Assembly (NCBI RefSeq): GCF_009914755.1
Contig: NC_060945.1
Reading direction: 5' to 3' (one strand)
Source: the human T2T-CHM13v2.0 reference genome, Homo sapiens
Length of the DNA: 64,000 bases
Part shown: in pieces, positions 54,326-64,000 of the stretch
Layout: the number at the start of each line of letters is the position of its first letter
How positions within the stretch are numbered: the stretch's first letter is position 1
Made by a program: the position numbers and the translations under genes
The notes under the pieces: generated by a model
What the model was told of the DNA's origin: nothing
What the model saw: the letters and a program-made list of their open reading frames with translations, nothing else
The model's database searches: none

Positions 54326-54704
54326 GCAGATGAACCTCAGCATTAACGTCTCTGGGCTACGATGCCCTGATGGATTCGTGATCACAGTAAAAATTACTTA
54401 CTGATGGCAAAACTAGAATGTGTGGAAATCTGCTGGATATAACCCAGTTTACCTCTGGGACCCTCTATCATTATGGTTAAAATTAAGATTGACCAAATCC
54501 CTTCTGACTGACCATTGTACTCCACGTGTTGCGACATTCAATTATCTTACAAGCAAAGCTCACTCTCTGATGACCCAGTCCATCTCCTAAGGGTGACTCT
54601 GAAGATTCTGTCACAATCCCTCATGTTCCAATGTACAGCTTCGCTCTTAGAGAGTGATCTTACTTCTAACTTCCTTGAGGATCTCTAATTTTTCTGGAGT
54701 CAGA

Positions 54705-54767
54705 GAAATACTGGAGAGGCGAGAGATGAGACTTGAAATACTGGAGAGGCAAGAGATGAGACTTGAA
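54705..54767. repeat. 30-bp tandem duplication (1 mismatch)
   Basis: gaaatactggagaggc(g/a)agagatgagactt x2. Confidence 0.97.
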
Positions 54768-55184
54768 CCTGGAGCCAAGAACCAGGTCCCAGAGGACTTG
54801 CTCTGCACTGTGCCATGAATTGGCCCTTCTTTCACAGCCTTGAGGATTCAGAGAAAGATGCGGATCAGGGTGCCATGAATGGGTACATGTGGCCATGAGG
54901 AGACAGGATTGGAATCTACAAAGATCTGCCGGGAGTAAGAGGTAGATGTAAAGACCGAGACAACTGGCCAAGGATGGGACCAAGATAGTAGCAATGAAAA
55001 CAAAAGGTAGAGAAAATAGTCAAAGGATAACAAAAAGGTAGTCCTGAAAGCATGCAGACCCACTGGACATAGAGAGTACAGGAGGGAAGAGATCAAGGAT
55101 GTCTCATTAAATTAAACTTTCTAGATAATTTAAATTGGAACACAGCTAAATTTCTTTGATACTTTGGAGAGGCTTCCTCTAAAC

Positions 55185-55245
55185 ATCTTGAGTGTGTTTA
55201 AAGAACACTCAAGATAACTCATGTTATCTCATGGTGAGATAACAT
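55185..55245. repeat. Nested perfect inverted repeats
   Basis: atcttgagtgt/acactcaagat and atgttatctca/tgagataacat. Confidence 0.95.
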
Positions 55246-55805
55246 CCCAGGCAATGATGCAGATTAAGCAATTCAGGAATTTAAGGGCTCCAACCATTAA
55301 CTACTTTAGAATATCAGCTAAGGAACACATTCTGGAAGCTTTATGTTCTATTATATTAATTATCCCCCCAAGGAGCAAAAAGCGTTTTAAAAATTAGTTA
55401 AATGAATCTCAATGTTCTTTCCTAAGGCAAAAGGTAAAAAACATATATCAACATAAGGAAAGTGCACACTTTCAGCAGCTAAGAGGCCTCAGTAGCCTAC
55501 ATTACAAGCCTGCCTCCTTGAAGCTCAAAATTAGTGAAGCCACACAAGGTACAAGGCTAATTCACTATGGATGAAATAACGGGCAGAGAAAGTGGAATGG
55601 TAGGCTCTTGAGCACCTACCATAAAGCATCCAGGTGAAATAATTGAAAGGAAGCCCTCTTTTTTACACTGCACACACTGTGAAATGCGAGGTGCGGAAAG
55701 TTGATTGTCCTTAATAGGGAAGTATCAGCTTCCTCCCTACAGAGAGTTTAGAAGAAAGAGAAGCACAGAACTGCAGAGCTTGCCTTCTACCTAAAAACTG
55801 GTGCT

Positions 55806-56403
55806 TAGAACAATGGTCTCCAGCTGCATCCATGTTGCTACAAAGGGCATTTTCTTTTTCATGGCTGCGTAGTATTCCGTGGTGTGTGTATCTATATAGA
55901 CATATATATCATTATTATATAAAGACATAGGTATCACGAATATACACATATATGTGATATGTGTGTGTGTGTGTGTGTGTGTATGTAACAATTTCTTTAT
56001 CCAATCTGCCATTGATGAGCATCTGTGTTGATTTTATGTCTGTGCTATTGTGAATAGTATTGTGATAAACATATGAGTGGAGGTGTCTTTTTGGTAGGAA
56101 GCCATTATCCTAAGTGAATCAACACAGAAACAGGAACCCAAATGTCAACTAAATACCACATGTTCTCATAAGTGGGAGCTGCACATTGAGAACAATAAAC
56201 ACTGGAGATTCCAAAAGGTAGGCGGAAGGGTGGGGGAAGTGTTGAAAACTACCTATTGGACACTGTTTGCTACCTGAGTGATAGGATCATTAGAAACCCA
56301 AACTTCAGCATTATGCAGTATACTCATGTAGCAAACCTGAGCAAGCACTCACAGAATCTAACATTAAAAATCAAATAAAATACATTAAAATGAGAAAAAA
56401 ATT
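55806..56403 (+). mobile_element. L1PB-type element with 5' inversion (about 55806-56096 antisense, 56097-56403 sense)
   Basis: Antisense 'ctccagctgcatccatgttgc' block, sense 'gccattatcctaagtgaa...ttcagcattatgca', A-rich tail; TSD taaaaa(c/t)tggt(g/a)ct at 55792 and 56404. Confidence 0.9.
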
Positions 56404-56837
56404 TAAAAATTGGTACTGACATGTCCAGAATCTTAGGAGAAAGTAGAAATTTAAAAAATAACACCACAAATATCAGTGTTTTTAAAGTTTCAAACATTTC
56501 TGTATTTAACAAGTATTGGTGCCTTGAAATTGAGTTTAAAGAAGACAGTTCTTGATTTATGCTCTTGTGGGCATTAGGACGGGGAAAAACCCCTTCAGAG
56601 TACCATGACGAGATTTTGAATTATGCAAAGGTAAAGAAAAGGTCCCACTAATGTAGAGATATTTGGAGACTTAGTTCTAATGAACTGAAAGAGAGGTTTG
56701 AGGGGAGATGACTTAGGAGTGAGGAGAGGGGAAGCCTAGAGAAGCAGGTGCAGAGCTTCTACCCGGATCCTGGGCTGGATTCAGCTTCCAATATGCCTTG
56801 TTTGTCCCTGTAGCATTAGGACATATTGAAAGCTTCC

Positions 56838-57168
56838 TCACTTAAGAATATGGATATTTTACATAGAGAAATTGATTTTACACTCCTTTTGCAAACCCTG
56901 AAGGTCTGGCCATGCCAGTTTCTCATTCTCACAAGTCAGCAAGAGCAGGTATGGAGGAGAGAATCAGATGACCTCTCCAGCTTTCTACTTTGTACATGAC
57001 CTTGTGAGTATTTCTGCCTAAGAGTCACTTAAGAATACAGATATTTTACATAGAGAAATTGATTGTACACTCTTTTGCAAACCCTGAAGGTCTGGCCATG
57101 CCAGGCTCTTATTCTCACAAGTTACCAAGACCAGGTATGGAGGAGAGAATCAGGTGACCTCTCCAGCT
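56838..57168. repeat. ~145-bp tandem duplication with a 42-bp spacer copied from 58755-58793
   Basis: 56838-56982 vs 57025-57168 about 92% identical; spacer ttctactttgtacatgaccttgtgagtatttctgcctaagag. Confidence 0.95.
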
Positions 57169-57744
57169 GGCCTCGGTGCCACCTCACTGCCACCTCCCTG
57201 TGGTCACACACAGCCTGCTCCACTCATTCACAGGCCTGGGCTGGTTTGCATTTACCTTGGCCCCATGGACTAGAGAGAAGATGACCAGCTGTCAACATAG
57301 CTGTTGAGGGACAATCTCTGGGCACTGGCAGAACTACGAGTGACCTCTGTGTCCAAACAGAGAATGCCTCTGGGGAGGAGACCATTTGTCCCCTACATAA
57401 TGAGCTCCAGTGTAAAATCCAGCATGGCTCAGGTATGCTGAGCGTTGGAAACTTTGGAAGCTTCTGGAAACAGTAGGCTAGAAATGAGCACTGACAACTC
57501 AAAATGCGTACCTGCAAGGGAAGCTGAGTGAGTTTCTCCAAGTGTTGTCAGGGGGATGCCTGCGGCCACATGGTAGCCAGACAGAGAAAAGAACAGGGAA
57601 GACAGCACACACGGGGACCACAGAAAATACTGTATGTGTTCTGGGGGTCCGAGTGGGAGTTTAAAACTGTCATTCAGGTGGGAGGCTTAAGTTCTTGAAA
57701 TTTAAATATTAGAATAAAGGCAATGCCTGGACATACCAGATGCA

Positions 57745-58189
57745 TATTAAAAGTTTTCTAAACTATACATATTTTTAACCTAGAAATTCTACTTTTAGTA
57801 TTTTTATCCTAAAAAAGTTCATGGATGTGTATAGAGATTGTATTGAAATATATTATTTTAATACAATTATATAAATAATATATCATAAAATTATGCATGA
57901 TATATAATATAAATTATAAAATGATTATTATTGAATAACAATTATATAAGTATAATGTTAATTGTAACTTATAATGACAAAGAACTGGCAACTCTTAGGA
58001 TCTGCAACTGAAGAACATTGTTTCAATAAATTGTAACATCCATACAACAAATTTCAAGTAGCCACTAAAATACTACCAGGAAGTTATTTAAGGTTATTTC
58101 AAAGCATGTTACAAAAATAATATGCATGGTATAATGCCATTTTTATTTAATATATAAACACACATAGGGAAATATTTAAGTTTATACAT
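57745..58189 (+). mobile_element. Degraded L1ME-type fragment with AT-rich expansion
   Basis: 'tttaacctagaaattctacttttag', 'aataaattgtaacatccatacaa'. Confidence 0.55.
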
Positions 58190-58632
58190 TATATTAGTTT
58201 CCTGGGGCTCCTGGAACCATTTTCTGCAAATATTGTGGCTTAAAACAACAGAGTTAATTTTCTGACAGTTATGAGGACAGGAGTTTAGCAGTTTCACTGG
58301 GCCAAAATCAAAGTATGGGCAGGGCTGCACTCTCTCTGAAGGCTCTAGGAGATAACCCTTCCTTGCCTCTTCCAGCTTCTGTGGTTCTGGCGTCCTTGGC
58401 TTGTAGCTGCATCACTCCAATCTCTGCCTCTGTCTCTTCGTGTGTCTGATCTCCCTTAGTCTCTCTCTTATAAGGACCCTTGTGCTTGGATTTAATACCC
58501 ACCAGGAAAATCCCTCATGTCAAAATCATTAACTTCATCACATCTGTAAGTCGCTTTTACATTGTAAGGTCACATTTATAGGTTTCAAGGACTCAGACCT
58601 GTTATTTTTGGAGCATCGTTATTTCATCTGCT
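58190..58632 (-). mobile_element. MLT1C LTR
   Basis: 'ttccttgcctcttccagcttctg...cttggcttgtagctgcatcactccaatctctgcctct'. Confidence 0.88.
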
Positions 58633-59675
58633 GTTTTCCTAATCATTAAAAGATATGTTTTTCTTATGTCTTTCTGTTCTTTCTTAGAGTAAGTATTGGG
58701 TAACTTTAGTAAGGGGGATTTATTTTAAGTAGATTATACCAGACAAAGTATGAATTTCTACTTTGTACACGACCTCGTATTTCTGCCTAAGAGCCAAAAA
58801 AGAAATAAACAAAAGTACCAACATGAAAACTGTATTTTCCCTTTAGAGTATTAAAAACCTTGTTCAATATTCAAGACTTTAAACTATGTTTAAAAAATAG
58901 AGGCATACGATATGATTGATTTTTATCAAATACTAGGTTGGATATTATAGAACAAATATATAATTTAGAAAAATCCAAGAAAAAAACAGAGATGAAGATG
59001 CCCTAACAGATGACTCTACCTGCCAAAAAAAGGAGGAGAGATGTGTATAATGTGCAAGAAAAAAAGTATCTATTTGATAGGTAAGTGTGCTTTCAAATTC
59101 TGAAAGGTCTTTAATATTAGGAAAAAGATTTTTACCAAAAATGGAATTTTCCACTAAAAAACAGGAACTAAAATAAGTATCCATTTCAATTCTGAAAAGT
59201 GAATGATGAAGAAGGCAAGTCAGAAATTCATTTTAGATGACGAATATGTTACATTTCCAAAAAGAAGGTAAGACACTAGAACAGAGGAAGGTAAAAGAGG
59301 AAGTCCCCACTTGTTTCCTTATTACGTGTTAGTTTCTGAGTTAGATGTAAGGGGAGATATATGTTTTGGACAGGTTTCTTGTCCTCAAAAATGTGTAGTT
59401 CAGTAAGAAAGATATGATTAAGCCGTGTTGAGGTGAAGCGCTATGCAATCAGTGACAAGAGAGGCACAAACCAGTTCCTCCAGAACTGGGGGTGGCCAAG
59501 CTTCCCCTTGAAATGCAGGGTTTGCAGGATAGATGAAGCTGAGTGAAGAAGACAGGTGAGTAGTCCATTTCTGAAAAAACTGGAAGGAATTGAGATGGAA
59601 AAGTAATAATGTAATACCTAACATTTATCCAGTCATATGCCAGATATGGGGCTAAGATTTTTTTTTTTAATCCAT

Positions 59676-60208
59676 TATCAGGGAGAAAAAACGTTTCCTC
59701 TATTCTCTTAAGTTTGGTAACTGAGAGCCTGTGAATTAAACTAACAAAAGATAGATTAACAGGGGGAAGGGTACACAATTTTTCTTGATATTTACATGCA
59801 CAAGAGTTCCCAGAAAAAGAGTGAAACTCAAAGAAGCAGACTCAGGGGCTTATACAGCCGTTCAACAAAGGGAAAAGAGTTTGGGTCTCAAGGTATGATA
59901 AATAGTGGGGAAGTGACTAGGAAATCCAGTGACTCAGGGAAGATAAGGGTTATTTTAGTAAGGTCGCTTGTGCAAACACATGTTGGCATCAACTCCCTTT
60001 CTTCAATGAAAAGAGTCACTCTTCCCTCCTTGTGTAGGAGGTGAGGTCCTCCTCAAAGAGAAACTAAAACTGTATGCCTTGTCTTTAGGCTGTTAATGGT
60101 GGGTTGAGGAACTCTTCCTGCACCTGCTGATTCTCAACTGCCTTTAGCCCCAAATAATCTTTATGCCAAAGTGGCATAGTTTAGAGTGGCATCTTCTGAT
60201 CCCCATCA
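59676..60208 (-). mobile_element. ERV1 solo LTR (MER34/MER39 group) inserted in a MIR
   Basis: Ends 'aaataatctttatgccaaagtggcata...gtggcatcttctgatccccatca'; MIR pieces either side. Confidence 0.7.
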
Positions 60209-61246
60209 CAATAAATAGGTGTAATACTGATACGACTATGAGACAGGCATAATTGTTGCGTCTTTTCTTAGGTGGGGAAACTGAGGATCTTATGTCCTAG
60301 CCAGCATGCCTGACAAAGAGGTAGGTGCTCATGTTGTCAGAAAAGGAGGGCAAGTGGTGTTGGTGTCGCTCAGGCAATTTCAATATGACAAACTGGAAAA
60401 CTTCTAAATGCACCGTCCTCACTTGTTTCAAGTTTCAGAGGAACCAGGTGGATCCCCCATTCTTTAACTGGTTCCTTTTTCCTTTCAAGTTCAAAAACAC
60501 TCAAGGAATACTTTAATAAATCAATAAAGTGAACACAGCAAGTGAGGAATGGCAAGAAACAAGAGAAAATGTTCAAGAGGACCGTAACGATGAGAGGAAA
60601 TTAAAGTAAGTTTACTCAGATGCTTTCATGTAACCGCACTTATTAAAAAAGAAGAAAAAAAGTCTTATAAAGTTGTATAAAAATAGAGTAGCAGAATAAT
60701 AATAGCCCTAACTATAATTTCTGATACTATGTAGACTGGGGAAAAACATAACCCAATAGCCTAAGGAGAAAAGAAAGAAAATATGTTTGCTCAAAGAAAA
60801 CAAACACAGACATATAAACCTACACCCCTGATGGCTGAACTTCATAGAACTAAGAAGTCAATAGGAAGAAAGTGCAGACAAGCAGGAAGCTCATTAGATT
60901 AGAAATCAAGTTCATGTTCTAGCACTGATGGCCAGCTGACCAGGGCAATTCACAAGCAGTTCAAGTTCAGGGACCAAAGCGCCCCTGAGTGCCTCCATTG
61001 GATTCTGCACAGCCAAAAAGACGCTTGAAAACATCAAGCCCTGTCACCAGTACCTTCTATAAGCCTTGAGAGAGGTGTGATGATATAATAGGGAATCAGA
61101 GAAGCCTAAACCTGTACCTGCTTTGGGAAACCCATGTAATGCCTTCGCCTGATTCATTATTATTTGAGAACCTACAAGGCCCCTGTGTTCACAACTCTAG
61201 GAAGATGCAAGACTCTAGGTATCATGGCTCTTGCCTTTAGAAGCAT

Positions 61247-61777
61247 TTTGCTAGTTTTCTATTGCTCTGTAGCACGCTTCCACACACTCAGCAGCTTTAA
61301 ACAATCCCTTTATCTGTTCACAGCTCTGTAGATTAGAAGTCTGTGACTGGGTTCTCCATAGTGTCTCAGGAGGCTGACATTAAGGTGTTAGCCAACTGGG
61401 TTTTCCTCTGGAGACTGGGGGAAAATCTGTTTTCACACTTATTCAGGGTGTTGTCAGAATTCATTTCTTTGAGGCTGTAGGACGGACATTCCCACTGCCT
61501 TTCTTGTTGTCCGCTGTGGGCCACCCTCAGCCTGTAGAGGCCACCCACATTCCTTACTACACAGCCCCCTCCATTTCTAAAACAAGCAATCAAGAAGTCT
61601 CCCTCATGTTGAATGTCTGTCACGCTGTGAATCTCTCTCATGAGAAAGATCCCAGCAGCTGATCTGAGACCTGAATTACATCTACAGAATCCCTTGACAG
61701 GAGCGGCTAGATATGTGCTGGGCCACACACCAGCAGGCAGAAATCGTGGGAGCCGTATTGAAATTCTGCTTGCCATA
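61247..61777 (-). mobile_element. MLT1E-type LTR
   Basis: 'ttgtcagaattcatttctttgaggctgtaggac', end 'aattctgcttgccata'; TSD agcat/agcat. Confidence 0.85.
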
Positions 61778-63544
61778 AGCATCGGAAAACTATTTACTAA
61801 GTGTTGAATAAATGAGAAAAGAAATGAAAACTTCTGGCCCCTCACTGGAATTATCTCCTCAAGTGAGAGGCAGCATAGCTTTGCTGTAATCCTGTCCATC
61901 ACCTGCAAAGAGCCCGTCCTCATGTTAATCACCTGTTCGTTGCTCACGGCAACTCTGTAAGGCAAGTCCAAGGGCAAGGCTTATGATTCCTGCTCTCCAG
62001 AACTCTGATCCCTTAACTTCTTGCCCAGTGCTCTTTTCACGACAAGAAATTACAGTTTCTTTAAGGTTACCTTGGACAAACTCTTTGGTGACATTGTAAC
62101 AACATGAAGAAGAGACACAGGAGAGCATGGAACCCCGCAGAAGACCCATGAACCAGGGCCGCTTGGGGCTGTGGGCACTGGCTCCTCTGCTGTAACTGAG
62201 TCCTTGCCAAGAACCCACTTCTGTGATCTGGCAAGGGGCGGGAGACCTCAGCAGAAGATTTAAAACCAGATGAATCATATCACTGGTAGTCACACAGTGG
62301 GCAGTTGTCACTGGTGAAATGACTCCGTAGGTGGCCGCAGCCCAATTATCTGCTAGGTATGGAGGTTGCATCCCAAATCCTGTATGGAGCGGCAGTCCTA
62401 AAATGAGTGGCTGGTCCTTTGCCATTTTCCCGTCGCTTGAAGCTGATTGAGGCATCAGTGAACGAGGAGGAGGGTGGGAAAGCAGAGCCTTCCAGGGTCC
62501 AAGTCTGAGCATTGATGGGGGAGGCTGGGCTGGGTGACAGAATCTTGATGGCAGACCTCAGTATCACAAAGGGTAAGGTGCTTGGAGGTGAAATGGCCTG
62601 AAGTGGGAAAAGAGGCAGATGCTGAGAGGAGGAGAGTCCATGCAAAACTGACAGGGGCTCTTCTGATGGGTCTCACTGCTCCAGGAATCCTGGTCTTCAT
62701 GCTTTCTAGGCATCCTGTTGAGTCCTGAAAGAGGAGCCCAGACCAACCAGGAGCTCATTCACCCTGGTTTGAGTCTGGGTACCTCTATCTCTTAACCAGC
62801 TGGGCACTCTTGGCTTAGCTACTTAACATCTAGTGCCTTGTTTTCCTCATCAGTTGAATGCTGGAAGTTGAGCTCTCTGATTTATGGAGCCCCTTCTGGC
62901 TATACATTCTTATCTCATGAGGACATTTTGTGATCTGGACTATATTAAAGAGCCACTCTCTAGGATTAATAACAGTACACAGCAGCCTTTTCATATTCTT
63001 TTCTTTTTCTATAGTTACTGCCCAATCAGCACTATAAAATATTCAAATCTTAAAAAATAATTCATTGAATATGTCTTCTTTTAGCACCAGCTGTAACAAA
63101 ACTACATACATCAGTAGTTAGCTGCTTGCATGTGAAGCAACAGCTACATGCACATGGGAATAAGCTACAAAATGTTATTTTAATAAGATGCTGTCCACCC
63201 AAACAAACTGAATTTGAAATGTGGCACCAAACTTGCTATCTGGCTCATTCAAAAATATTTCATGGTCAACCATGTAAATGATAACCTTCAAAAAACATTT
63301 ATGAAGTAATCAACATGGGAAGACAGAAAGTCAGGCTAGAACTTTATTACCTGTGTTTTGTTGGAGGTATCTAACTGTTCATAGTTCACTGTGAATTCTT
63401 TGGATTAGATAGTTCTTTGGAAGAGGAAGATAGTCCTCTCCCAAACAGATAGTCCTTTGGAAGAGGAATCTTTGGAAGGTGATTTGTCACATTATTTGAA
63501 AAGAGCATTGTGGCTGATTCAGAGCCGCCACTTCCTTAGGTGTC

Positions 63545-64000
63545 AGCTGAATGAATGACATTTTTCAGCTTAATCAGGCTAAAACTCTTGGAGTCATCTT
63601 TGACTCTTTTCTTCAACTTCCTGCATTCTTCTTGGCGCTGTCTTCAAAAGATAACCACAATCCAACCACCTCTCACCACCTCCTGCTCCAGCCATGGTCT
63701 GAGCCAACAAGGTCTCTCCCTGATGAGCATGAGCCCCCAAAAAGTTCTCCCTGCCTCTAATTTGGCTCCTCACGGTCTATTCCCAACACATCAGCTACAG
63801 TGTTGATCACTTATGTCGGTTCATGTCACTCTTCTGCCCAGATCCTTTGGTGGTTCTTTTTACACAGAATAGCAGTCAAAGTTTATAGAGAGTCCCTCAT
63901 TTCCTCTACAACCTTCTCTGTCCTCTCTCCCACTGGACACCAGTTGAGCCTGTGCAGTCCAGCCAAGCTCCTGGGTGCTGGGGTGTCCCCTCATCTTGGA
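63545..64000 (+). mobile_element. L2 3' region
   Basis: 'aaactcttggagtcatctttgactc', 'ttcatgtcactcttctgcccaga...gtcaaagt'. Confidence 0.75.

Noticed and set aside
44721-54767. CRISPR-like 30-bp repeats
   Set aside because: Two unrelated head-to-tail duplications without spacers, in eukaryotic DNA with no cas genes
61366-62512. Longest ORFs (203 aa and 195 aa, minus strand)
   Set aside because: The first lies largely in an MLT1E LTR; neither resembles a known protein, both use non-ATG starts, and there is no exon-like support

Overview
Primate (human-like) non-coding genomic DNA, CpG-depleted and AT-leaning. I find no supportable protein-coding gene, RNA gene or CRISPR array, and I cannot name the locus. 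Much of the window is interspersed repeats: 7 Alus, several L1 3' fragments (two with twin-priming 5' inversions), many L2/MIR relics, about 20 solo LTRs (MLT1, MLT2, THE1, one MER34/39-like) and hAT MITEs (MER20, MER3). Subfamily calls are from memory of consensus sequences, so they are approximate. The most unusual signal is a recurring set of locally templated insertion scars. At ~21.8-22.1, ~28.9-29.5 and ~56.8-57.2 kb, a duplicated flank brackets sequence copied, directly or inverted, from roughly 1-2 kb away; two of the three also carry short patchwork pieces at the junctions. An older ~190 bp direct copy (40.6/41.8 kb), nested hairpins and 30-bp tandem duplications add to the pattern. 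These look like fossils of repeated template-switching double-strand-break repair rather than a new gene system. Candidate enhancers (~11.0-11.7, 46.4-47.3, 50.2-50.9 kb) and a possible promoter with non-coding exons (~37.5-38.5 kb) rest on motif inspection only.
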